32,000 bases of DNA from Archaeoglobus fulgidus DSM 4304 (GTDB lineage: Archaea > Halobacteriota > Archaeoglobi > Archaeoglobales > Archaeoglobaceae). Below, in pieces: positions 1-8,039 of the stretch. The position numbers and the translations under genes were made by a program. The notes below the pieces were generated by a model. It searched no databases, was not told where the DNA came from, and worked only from the letters and a program-made list of their open reading frames with translations. The stretch lies in the NCBI RefSeq assembly GCF_000008665.1, contig NC_000917.1, positions 1,650,001-1,682,000 of the forward strand, written 5' to 3'. Every line of letters begins with the position of its first letter. Within the stretch, counting starts at the first letter, position 1.

Positions 1-12
1 TCCATCGAACAT

Positions 13-914
13 ATGTTCGCCGAACAAATGTTCGACATTGAAAGGCTGAAAAGGCAGAAGAATGCGGTCATTCTGGCGCACAACTACCAGATACTGCCAA
101 TTCAGGGCGTTGCAGACTTCGTTGGAGATAGCTTGAACTATCAATGGCTGCAAAGGATGTTGATGCAGACATAATCCTTTTCTGCGGAGTTGACTTCATG
201 GCGGAGACTGCAGCAATCCTGAATCCCGATAAGAAGGTGCTGATTCCCTCAACGGAAGCAATCTGCCCGATGGCAATGCAGATTGATGCGGAGATGGTGA
301 AAAAGGCCAAGGAGAAGTACAATGCTCCCTTCGTTGCCTACGTAAACACCCACGCAGAGACAAAGGCCGTGGCGGATGTTTGTTGCACCTCTGCCAACGT
401 GGCGAAGGTTGTGGAGAACCTTGATGCTGAAAGAGTTTTGCTTGGTCCTGACGCAAACCTTGCGTGGTATGCTGCCGAGAAAACAGGGAAGGAGGTTATA
501 GCGGTCCCGCAATATGGAAACTGCTGTGTTCACCAGTCTTTCACCGCTAAGGATGTTCTGACAGCGAGGGAAAAGCATCCGGATGCCACCATAATAGTGC
601 ATCCTGAGTGCAGACCTGAAGTGCAGAAGCTTGCTGATTTTGTGGGCTCTACAAGCCAGATGGTCAGATTTGTAGAGCAAAGCGATGCTGAGAAGGTGAT
701 TATAGGAACGGAAATAGGTCTGATTGAGCGGTTGAGACAGCAGAGCGACAAAACCATTCTGCCCCTCAAAGAGAGTGTCTGCAGGGCGATGAAGCGGAAC
801 ACGATGGATGGCGTTGTTAAAGCGCTCGTTGAGGAGAGAAATGTGGTTAGAGTGGATGAAAAAATTGCCGAGAAAGCGAGAAGGGCGATAGAGAGGATGT
901 TTGAGCTATGTTAG
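13..914 (+). pseudogene. nadA: Quinolinate synthase NadA, with the reading frame interrupted as given (apparent 1-nt deletion near 133-138). The intact C-terminal ORF is 144..914.
   Basis: ORF 144..914 (256 aa) carries NadA hallmarks ([26 protein letters not shown]). The frame beginning at nt 1/13/28 encodes the missing N-terminus ([35 protein letters not shown]), which ends out of frame at a TAA near 172. The downstream frame has a TAG at 129-131. One extra base in 'agcttgaac' would give [12 protein letters not shown], colinear with Pyrococcus NadA as I recall it. The start codon (13 or 28) is uncertain because the ORF is open to the window edge. Confidence 0.85.
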
Positions 915-1618
915 TCGGCTTAATTGGATACGGGGCAATTGGAAAATTTCTGGCTGAGTGGCTTGAAAGGAACGGATTTGAGATTGCTGCCATTCTGGAT
1001 GTAAGGGGAGAGCACGAGAAGATGGTTAGAGGCATTGACGAGTTCCTCCAGAGGGAGATGGATGTGGCCGTTGAGGCTGCATCGCAGCAAGCTGTTAAGG
1101 ACTATGCGGAGAAAATTCTTAAGGCTGGCATAGACCTAATTGTTCTGAGCACCGGGGCCTTCGCTGACAGGGATTTTCTCAGCAGAGTCAGGGAAGTCTG
1201 CAGGAAAACGGGCAGGAGAGTTTACATAGCATCTGGGGCAATCGGTGGATTGGATGCCATTTTTTCAGCATCAGAGTTGATAGAGGAAATCGTTCTGACA
1301 ACAAGGAAGAATTGGAGGCAGTTTGGCAGAAAAGGTGTAATATTCGAAGGCTCTGCATCTGAGGCAGCTCAGAAATTCCCGAAAAACTTGAACGTTGCAG
1401 CGACGCTCAGCATTGCCTCAGGAAAAGACGTGAAGGTCAGGCTTGTAGCTGACGAGGTTGAGGAGAACATCCACGAAATTCTGGTGAGGGGAGAGTTTGG
1501 GGAGATGGAAATCAGAGTTAGGAACAGGCCAATGAGGGAAAATCCGAAGACGAGCTATCTTGCTGCCCTTTCTGTAACGAGAATTTTGAGAAATCTTAAG
1601 GAGGGATTGGTGGTTTGA
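908..1618 (+). CDS. nadX: L-aspartate dehydrogenase (NAD biosynthesis)
   Basis: 236-aa ORF with an N-terminal Rossmann motif (GLIGYGAIG). Its start overlaps the nadA stop (ATGTTAG). It sits between nadA and nadC. From memory the sequence matches the structurally characterised A. fulgidus AspDH. Confidence 0.9.
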   Translation: MLVGLIGYGAIGKFLAEWLERNGFEIAAILDVRGEHEKMVRGIDEFLQREMDVAVEAASQQAVKDYAEKILKAGIDLIVLSTGAFADRDFLSRVREVCRKTGRRVYIASGAIGGLDAIFSASELIEEIVLTTRKNWRQFGRKGVIFEGSASEAAQKFPKNLNVAATLSIASGKDVKVRLVADEVEENIHEILVRGEFGEMEIRVRNRPMRENPKTSYLAALSVTRILRNLKEGLVV

Positions 1619-2439
1619 AGGCACTAATAAAGAAAAAGCTGCTGGAGTTTCTGGAGGAGGACATGCCTTACGGGGATGTGACGGCCATCCCTACAAAGGA
1701 TGTGGAGGCAGTTATCGTTTCAAAGGGCGAGGGAGTTTTGGCGGGGGTTGGGGTTGTTAAGATACTTTTCGACCTTGCAGAAATCGTTGTGATGGAGTCC
1801 AAGAAAGACGGGGAGCCAATAAAGCCCGGAGACGTGGTGATGAGGCTGAGGGGAAAATCTGACTCAATCCTTGCAACGGAGAGACTTGCAATCAACATTT
1901 TGATGAGAATGAGCGGGATTGCTACCGCAACAGCAAAAATGGTGGAGAGGGCAAGGAGAGTGAATCCCAAAGTTGTTGTTGCAGCAACGAGGAAAACAAC
2001 TCCCGGCTTCAGAATTTTTGAGAAAATGGCGGTGGAAATTGGGGGAGGAGATGCTCACCGCTTCTCCCTTTCAGACTGCCTCATGCTGAAGGACAACCAC
2101 ATCGCCGTTGCAGGTTCCTTGGAGAGGGCAATGAAGGTGAAGAGAAGCTTCACGAAGAAGCTGGAGGTTGAGGTAGGAAGTGTTGGGGATGCAATTAAGG
2201 CGGCAGAGTTTGGGGCAGATATCATAATGCTTGACAACTTTACACCAGAAATGGTTGCTGAGGCTGTGGAGGAGCTAAGGAGGAGAGGATTGAGAGAGAA
2301 GGTCATTATTGAGGTTTCCGGCAGTGTAACGCCAGAAAACGTCGCTGAGTTTGCTGCCATGGACGTTGACGTCATCTCTTCTGGATACATCACCCACTCC
2401 GCCCCCGCCTTAGATTTCAGCCTGAGAGTTTTGCAATAA
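1615..2439 (+). CDS. nadC: Nicotinate-nucleotide pyrophosphorylase (quinolinate phosphoribosyltransferase)
   Basis: 274-aa ORF with an N-terminal LEEDMPYGDVT motif and ATRKTTPG / LKDNH motifs typical of NadC. A TTG start overlaps the nadX stop, with GGAGGG upstream. Confidence 0.9.
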   Translation: MKALIKKKLLEFLEEDMPYGDVTAIPTKDVEAVIVSKGEGVLAGVGVVKILFDLAEIVVMESKKDGEPIKPGDVVMRLRGKSDSILATERLAINILMRMSGIATATAKMVERARRVNPKVVVAATRKTTPGFRIFEKMAVEIGGGDAHRFSLSDCLMLKDNHIAVAGSLERAMKVKRSFTKKLEVEVGSVGDAIKAAEFGADIIMLDNFTPEMVAEAVEELRRRGLREKVIIEVSGSVTPENVAEFAAMDVDVISSGYITHSAPALDFSLRVLQ

Positions 2440-2469
2440 TTTCAAATATCAGCCTGCCAATTTAGACCA

Positions 2470-3345
2470 ATGGATGACGAGGTAAGGGAAAAGCTGATTG
2501 AGGCAGGAAAAATTCTGAAGCAGGCCGTTAACGAGGCTGCTGAGAAAATTGCCCCCGGGGTAAAGATTCTTGAGGTTGCCGAATTCGTCGAGAACAGAAT
2601 TATCGAGCTGGGAGCAAAGCCAGCCTTTCCTGCAAACATCTCCATCAACAGCGATGCGGCGCACTTCACTCCCAAGAAAAACGATGAAAGAACGTTTAAA
2701 GAGGGAGATGTGGTCAAGCTTGACGTTGGAGCGCACATTGATGGTTACATTGCAGACATGGCAGTTACCGTCGACCTCGGAGACAATACAGAGCTTGTTA
2801 AAGCTGCAAAGGAGGCTCTTGAGGCAGCGATGGAGGTTGTGAGGGCAGGGGTGAGTGTTTCGGAGATAGGAAAGGCCATTGAGGATGCCATAACCAATTA
2901 TGGCTTTAAGCCCATTGTCAATCTCACGGGCCATGGCCTTCTTCCGTATCTAAACCACGCACCGCCGAGCATCTACAACTACGCAACGGAAAAGGGAGTG
3001 ACGCTGGAGGAGGGGATGGTGGTAGCCATTGAGCCCTTCGCAACCAACGGTGTTGGCAAAGTCGGGGAAAGGGGAGAATGTGAGATTTACAGCCTTCTCA
3101 ACCCGAGACCCGTGAGAATGAAGATGGCAAGGGAAATTCTGAAGGAAGTGGAGGAGAATTACAAGACTCTGCCCTTTGCGAAGAGATGGCTGAAAAAGGC
3201 TCCGGACATCATAATCTCAAAGCTCGCAAGAGAGGGAGTGCTGAGAGCCTACCCCGTGCTGACAGAGGTGAGTGGGGGACTGGTTAGCCAGTGGGAGCAC
3301 ACGCTCATTGTTGAGGACGGAGGAGCAACCATAACCACTAAATAA
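2470..3345 (+). CDS. map: Methionine aminopeptidase, type 2 (archaeal)
   Basis: 291-aa ORF with the pita-bread fold metal-ligand context (DVVKLDVGAHIDGYIADMA, LTGHGL, AIEPF, SQWEHT). Confidence 0.9.
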   Translation: MDDEVREKLIEAGKILKQAVNEAAEKIAPGVKILEVAEFVENRIIELGAKPAFPANISINSDAAHFTPKKNDERTFKEGDVVKLDVGAHIDGYIADMAVTVDLGDNTELVKAAKEALEAAMEVVRAGVSVSEIGKAIEDAITNYGFKPIVNLTGHGLLPYLNHAPPSIYNYATEKGVTLEEGMVVAIEPFATNGVGKVGERGECEIYSLLNPRPVRMKMAREILKEVEENYKTLPFAKRWLKKAPDIIISKLAREGVLRAYPVLTEVSGGLVSQWEHTLIVEDGGATITTK

Positions 3346-4054
3346 CTCCCGCTTTCTCCAGCAGTTCCTCATTTTTCAGTATCTCTTTTCCCCCAGCGGC
3401 CTCAATCCTGTGCTCAAGGTTGAGAAGGACGAATTTGTCTGCAAGCTTCTCAGCCACGTCCAGCTCGTGTGTAGCGATTACCAGAGTGCCCTTAAAATCT
3501 TCCAGAATCTTCAGAATCAGCCTCTTCGTCTTCCCGTCAACGTATGCCGTGGGCTCGTCAAGCAGCAAGACCTCAGGTTTGTAAATCAGAACACTTGCAA
3601 TCTCCACTTTCTTCTTCTCCCCACCGCTCAGCCTGAAGGGGGGCTTGTTCAAAAGGTGAGTAATGCCGAACATCTCCGCATACTCCTTTACGGCATTCTC
3701 CATCTCCTCTTCGCTCCACTCAAGCTGCCTCGGAACGTAGAGAAGCTCATCCCTCACTGTTGGATTGAAAAGGAAGTCATCGGGATTCTGGAAAACAACT
3801 CCAATCTTTCTCCTTATCTCCTCAACGTTCTTCTTGTCAATCTCTCTTCCGAAAATCCTGATTTTTCCCTTTGTCGGCCTGAGCAGTCCCGCAAGGAGGA
3901 GAATCAGGGTGGATTTGCCGCTCCCATTGGCCCCTATCAGCCCCACCCTGTCTCCCTCAAAAATCTCAAGACTCACTTCCCTGACTCCTGCACTGCCGTC
4001 CGGGTAGTCGTAGCTGACGCTATCAGCCTCAATAACCTTCAGATTATCACCCAC
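3338..4054 (-). CDS. cbiO: ECF/ABC transporter ATPase of the cobalt/nickel type (CbiO/EcfA-like)
   Basis: Walker A GANGSGKST, signature LSGGEKKK and Walker B LLLDEPT. It overlaps cbiQ upstream. Its 3' end overlaps the convergent map gene by 8 nt. Confidence 0.8.
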   Translation of the reverse strand: MGDNLKVIEADSVSYDYPDGSAGVREVSLEIFEGDRVGLIGANGSGKSTLILLLAGLLRPTKGKIRIFGREIDKKNVEEIRRKIGVVFQNPDDFLFNPTVRDELLYVPRQLEWSEEEMENAVKEYAEMFGITHLLNKPPFRLSGGEKKKVEIASVLIYKPEVLLLDEPTAYVDGKTKRLILKILEDFKGTLVIATHELDVAEKLADKFVLLNLEHRIEAAGGKEILKNEELLEKAGVI

Positions 4055-4770
4055 CAGAAAGCTGTGAAGCCCACGATTACTGCGTAAACGAAATCCAGCA
4101 TTTTAAGCTTTCCTCTGTAGTGGACAATAGCCTCACCCCTCGCCTCCATCGCCAGCTGAACTTTTTCAGCCTTCTCAAAGCTTCTCAGAAAGAACAGCCC
4201 CACCGCCTCCCCTCCCTTCCTCCACACCTCCATGTGACTGCCCTTCGAAACCCTCCTGCTCTCCCTCGCCAGCAGAATGGAAAGAAGCTCCCTGAACATA
4301 AGCACCGCATACCTGTATGCCAGCCATAGAGCCGAGACGAAAATGGCAGGAACCTTGAAGGAGCGGAGAGCAGAGCAAATCTCTGCAAAGCTTGTGGTCA
4401 TTATAAGCATCTGAATCGCAACCAGCGAGGCGGCAACTCTGAGCGTGAAGGTTACTCCATATGTAGGAGATGATATTGCAAAGGGCAGAACCACAATAAA
4501 CGAGAATAGGGTAAAAAGCCAGATTCTCTCTGCAATCCTCCTCAGGCTCAGGCCAACAACCGCAGAAATGACGATGAGAAAAATGAAGACCATCAAAACT
4601 TTCTCAAGGGTGAAGGTTGAAACGGCGAGGACAACAAAAACTATGGTTGCAATTAGCTTTACTCTCGCATCAACCTCATGCAAAGCGCTCCTTTTTGTGT
4701 ATTCGTGGAGCAAAAAATTTTGAAAGTAGCTCGAAGCCTCCTTAATTGTCCTTTCAAGCAGTTCGTGCAT
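4039..4770 (-). CDS. cbiQ: ECF transporter transmembrane T component (CbiQ)
   Basis: 243-aa polytopic membrane ORF lying between cbiM and cbiO, with overlapping stops and starts on both sides. Confidence 0.75.
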   Translation of the reverse strand: MHELLERTIKEASSYFQNFLLHEYTKRSALHEVDARVKLIATIVFVVLAVSTFTLEKVLMVFIFLIVISAVVGLSLRRIAERIWLFTLFSFIVVLPFAISSPTYGVTFTLRVAASLVAIQMLIMTTSFAEICSALRSFKVPAIFVSALWLAYRYAVLMFRELLSILLARESRRVSKGSHMEVWRKGGEAVGLFFLRSFEKAEKVQLAMEARGEAIVHYRGKLKMLDFVYAVIVGFTAFWWVII

Positions 4771-5641
4771 ATCTGGTTAATGCGAATCCAAGAGCTAAAA
4801 CGATTACTGTTCCAACTATACCAGCAATCAGCGTTCCCGCATAGGGGTCAAGGCCCGGCAGGGTGTAATCTGGAAGCAATCCCTCGTAAATGGGGTTTTC
4901 TTCAAGGCCGAGCATCGCGGCAGCGTTCTCAAGAGGTTCAGAGTATCCAACGAGCTCTGCGGCGTAGGCAAAGAGCGGTGAAACTGCAATCATTGCAGCA
5001 ATAACTGCAAGAGCCAGCTTTCCCGGAGCTGCTTTCTGCTCAATGACGTCAGGCCTCGCTGCAGCTATGTAGCTCACAACTCCAGCCGTAATCGTTCCCT
5101 CAACCAAACCGAGGAGTGCGTGCCAAGTCCCCATCACGGGCAATGTAACCTTGAGCCCGTAGCCGAAGGATGTGGAAATGCCGATTTCGATTCCTGCAAA
5201 GATGGCTGCGAGCGTTATGCCAATCCATCCTGCAATGAAGGCCGCTGCAGACCTGTTGAACCTCTCAATGGCTCTGTAAACGTAGTAACCAACGAAAACG
5301 TTAACAATAGCCATGTTCCATACGTTGGCCCCGAGAGCAGTTATGCCTCCATCCGCAAACACCAGACATTGAATTGTTAAAACCACTGCCATCGCGAGCG
5401 CCCCAGCGTATGGACCAAGCAGGATTCCCGCAAGCGCCCCTCCAACGAAGTGGGCTGATGTTCCTCCCGGAATGGGCCAGTTGAGCATCTGTGCAGCAAA
5501 AATAGCCGCTGCAACAATCCCGAAGAGGGACGTCAGCTTCTGCCCTCTCAGCCTGTAAATCGAGTATCCGAGCACCGCTATGCTAAGAATGTAAAACAAA
5601 CCCGCTATGCTCAAATCGAGGTAGCCATCAGGGATGTGCAA
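4754..5641 (-). CDS. cbiM: Cobalt/nickel ECF substrate-capture subunit CbiM with a C-terminal CbiN/PDGLE-like extension
   Basis: The N-terminus MHIPDGYL is the conserved Met-His metal-binding terminus of CbiM/NikM. A TTG start follows GAGGTGA. The extra ~85 C-terminal residues (SEPLENAAAMLGLEEN... plus a final TM helix) resemble the fused small CbiN/PDGLE module. Confidence 0.8.
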   Translation of the reverse strand: MHIPDGYLDLSIAGLFYILSIAVLGYSIYRLRGQKLTSLFGIVAAAIFAAQMLNWPIPGGTSAHFVGGALAGILLGPYAGALAMAVVLTIQCLVFADGGITALGANVWNMAIVNVFVGYYVYRAIERFNRSAAAFIAGWIGITLAAIFAGIEIGISTSFGYGLKVTLPVMGTWHALLGLVEGTITAGVVSYIAAARPDVIEQKAAPGKLALAVIAAMIAVSPLFAYAAELVGYSEPLENAAAMLGLEENPIYEGLLPDYTLPGLDPYAGTLIAGIVGTVIVLALGFALTRYARTA

Positions 5642-5738
5642 TTTCTCACCTCGTATTACTTTTTTTCAGATTTTTCACAAGTGCTAATAAAGTTTTTGAT
5701 TTTAGTATTTTGGAGAAAATTATGAATAAAAAAGAAAA

Positions 5739-6838
5739 TTAAGAGGATGTATATGTGACGCTTATCTTAGTGAAAGCCTCTTCAGTTATTTCAACCTGAA
5801 TGTAGCTGCTCCCCTTGCTGCCCCCAACGAAATACTGTCCTTCAGAGGTGCTGGTCATAACCTCCCAGCCTTCGCTCTTAAGCTTGTTCACGTACCACTG
5901 GAAGACGCTGTTTCCACTGTCTTCAGTGCCGTAAGTAATCTGAACTGTGTTAACTCCACCCGCTGTTACCGTCATGTATTCCAGCATAACTGAGCCGGGA
6001 TACCTCTCCATCGGCTCCTCTCCACTGACCAAGTCGTGAGATGGCAGCCCCTTCTGCCTGTAGTCGATGTCAATTTCCGTGTAAGAAACCCTTCGTAGGG
6101 CTCTATTATGTAGATGTCAATGTACTCCTTTCCCCTGCTGAAAGCCAGGTCGATGCTGGAATCATCCGAGCTTTCGCTCTCCAGCACCCATCCCTCAGCC
6201 TGAAGCTCCTGTTTGTACCAGTGTGCTACCTTTTCTGCACTGTCTTCAGTGCCGTAATCGATGCCTATGGAAACCTCAAGCGGGTTAGAGGTGTCTTTGT
6301 AGTAGCTCAGCATCACTGAGCCGGGGTATCTCTTCACAGGCTCCTCTCCCGATGCCTGATCAGATGCTGGAAGCTGTTCTCCTGCACCTCCAGCCTCACC
6401 GCTCTCGCCCGTCAGCTTGTCTATCGGCCCTTCTACGATGAAATAAACAGCACCACCGCCCTCTACACCGCTACCACTCATCGCCCAGATTCCAACACCT
6501 TTATCGCCCTTCTTAAACAAAATTGCTCCCCACTCAGCGCTTCCCTGGGGGGTGGTCATTTGCACAACGCTCATCTCATTAACAATCTCGTAGTCGGACA
6601 GCTTCTCCTTGTACCAGCTCAGAATATCTTTGGCATTGGCGTTCTCCACCGTGTAGGCTTTAACACTCACCCCCTCTGTCGGAACGCCAATGAGCTGAGA
6701 GTAGAGAGTTGGAGCGCTGTAAACCTTAGAACCGCTGTACTCCGGAACGCCTCCTGAGCTTGGCGACTGGGAGCAGCCGGACAGCACGACTACCACAGCC
6801 AGCGAAATTAAAACCAGAGTTCTAAATTCGAACTTCAT
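5739..6838 (-). pseudogene. Secreted lipoprotein with three tandem copies of a ~100-aa domain, split into two ORFs by an apparent 1-nt deletion near 6086-6091
   Basis: N-terminal signal plus lipobox-like Cys (LVLISLAVVVVLSGCSQ). The domain motif recurs three times (ILSWYKEKLSDYEIV, VAHWYKQELQAEGWVL, VFQWYVNKLKSEGWEV), and the linker SGEEP(V/M)(K/E)RYPGSVML occurs twice. After EPYEG the 288-aa ORF runs into nonsense. The other frame reads VSYTEIDIDYRQKGLPSHDLVSGEEPMERYPGS, continuous with ORF 5739..6032. Confidence 0.6.
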
Positions 6839-6932
6839 TTACCCACCTTCACATTTTTTGTTCCTAAACTGTGCATCCCTTATAAGAAAATTTTGATTTC
6901 GAATTAAAATATCAAACGAATTGATAAAAATT

Positions 6933-7313
6933 TTATCGAACTATGGCAAAAGATGCCAATTCCTCCTTATCTACCTTCTCTATGTCCTTGATCATGCTGT
7001 CAAAATGCCTGAACCACTCTTCCATTGCATCTTTAGCAATCTTTTTGAACTCCTCGAAGTCCTTCGGGAAGTAGAGGTACTTGTACCCCCCACCCTTCAG
7101 AATTCTGTACTCCCTCTTAACAAGCCCTCTTTCCATTAAGTTTCTTAAAGCTTTGTAAACTGTGCTTTCATCTTTCTCAAGCTCTTTTGCGATGGTTTCT
7201 ACATCCAGACCGGGGTTTTTCAGGAGAATGAGATAAACGTCCATTTCGAGACATGAAATGTTGAGGGCGCATTTCAGCACGCACTTCAAATCGGGACTGC
7301 ATGTGGCCTCCAT
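6933..7313 (-). CDS. TrmB/MarR-like winged-helix transcriptional regulator
   Basis: wHTH pattern EMDVYLILLKNPGLDVETIAKELEKDESTVYKALRNLMERGLVKRE. I prefer the ATG at 7313, preceded by AGGTGAT, over the GTG at 7343 used in the ORF track. Confidence 0.6.
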   Translation of the reverse strand: MEATCSPDLKCVLKCALNISCLEMDVYLILLKNPGLDVETIAKELEKDESTVYKALRNLMERGLVKREYRILKGGGYKYLYFPKDFEEFKKIAKDAMEEWFRHFDSMIKDIEKVDKEELASFAIVR

Positions 7314-7360
7314 TATATCACCTGTGAATTTTAGGGCCAGCACATCTTATAATTTTTCCC

Positions 7361-7958
7361 TTAAGCTTTCCCGAAGTACTTCTCCAGCACCTTTTTCTGC
7401 CCCCTTCTTAGTATCTCTGATAGAGTCGAGGGGGCTATGCCGAAAAACTCTGCAAGCTGTTCGAGCTTTACCCTTTTCGGGAAATCGAAGTATCCCTTTT
7501 CGAGGGCAATTTTCAGGATTTCCTCCTCCCTGTAAGTTATCTCGTCCTTGCCGGAGGCTTGCCTTTGTAAATAAGCTCGAAGTCAACACCCTCAAGGTTT
7601 TCAAGCAGGGCGATAAAGCCCTCGTCATCGCAGATTATGCTCCAAACAAGCTCAGATTCGCTGACGTCAACTCCTGTAATGACACAGCCGGACTCGAGGA
7701 TGGGAATCGCAACCAGACAGGTGTGCTCCTTAATGAGGACCTTCGCCTCTTTCGAAGAGATGGACACACCCTCGCAGTGCGAAGGCAATTTCTCTAACAC
7801 CTCCCAAGCGTTTTCTCCCTTTACCCTCAGCAGCCCCTTTACAACCTCCTCTCTCTTGGCGAAGCCTCTACCTTCACAATGCAGCTTTTCATGATTCCGT
7901 TCAGCGTGGCGAGGGTGCAGTTTTCAGGCAGCTTGGTTTTAATCTGCACTTCGAGCAT
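7361..7958 (-). pseudogene. HTH-10 (bacterio-opsin-activator-type C-terminal HTH) family regulator, broken into three frames by two apparent 1-nt deletions
   Basis: There are three colinear pieces on the minus strand. Piece 1 runs from ATG 7958 (MLEVQIKTKLPENCTLATLNGIMKSCIVKVEASPRE..) to the stop at 7839. Piece 2 is EEVVKGLLRVKGENAWEVLEKLPSHCEG...DFELIYKGK, with a stop at 7537. Piece 3 has no start codon and reads KDEITYREEEILKIALEKGYFDFPKRVKLEQLAEFFGIAPSTLSEILRRGQKKVLEKYFGKA, with a stop at 7361, a typical HTH_10 domain. The ORF-track entry 7347..7628 is in a wrong frame. Confidence 0.6.
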
Positions 7959-8039
7959 TACAGTTGGTTCACCGCAGAAAATAAAGATGACGAAAATCTT
8001 AGGGAGTAAGTATATACCACTTGGAGTCAATATCAAATC

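Noticed and set aside
3410-4087. 225-aa plus-strand ORF
   Set aside because: It is antisense to cbiO, whose Walker A/B and signature motifs are unambiguous. The ORF has no recognisable features.
7347-7628. 93-aa minus-strand ORF
   Set aside because: It is the wrong frame over the HTH-10 C-terminal region. The frame ending at 7361 encodes a clean HTH_10 domain instead.
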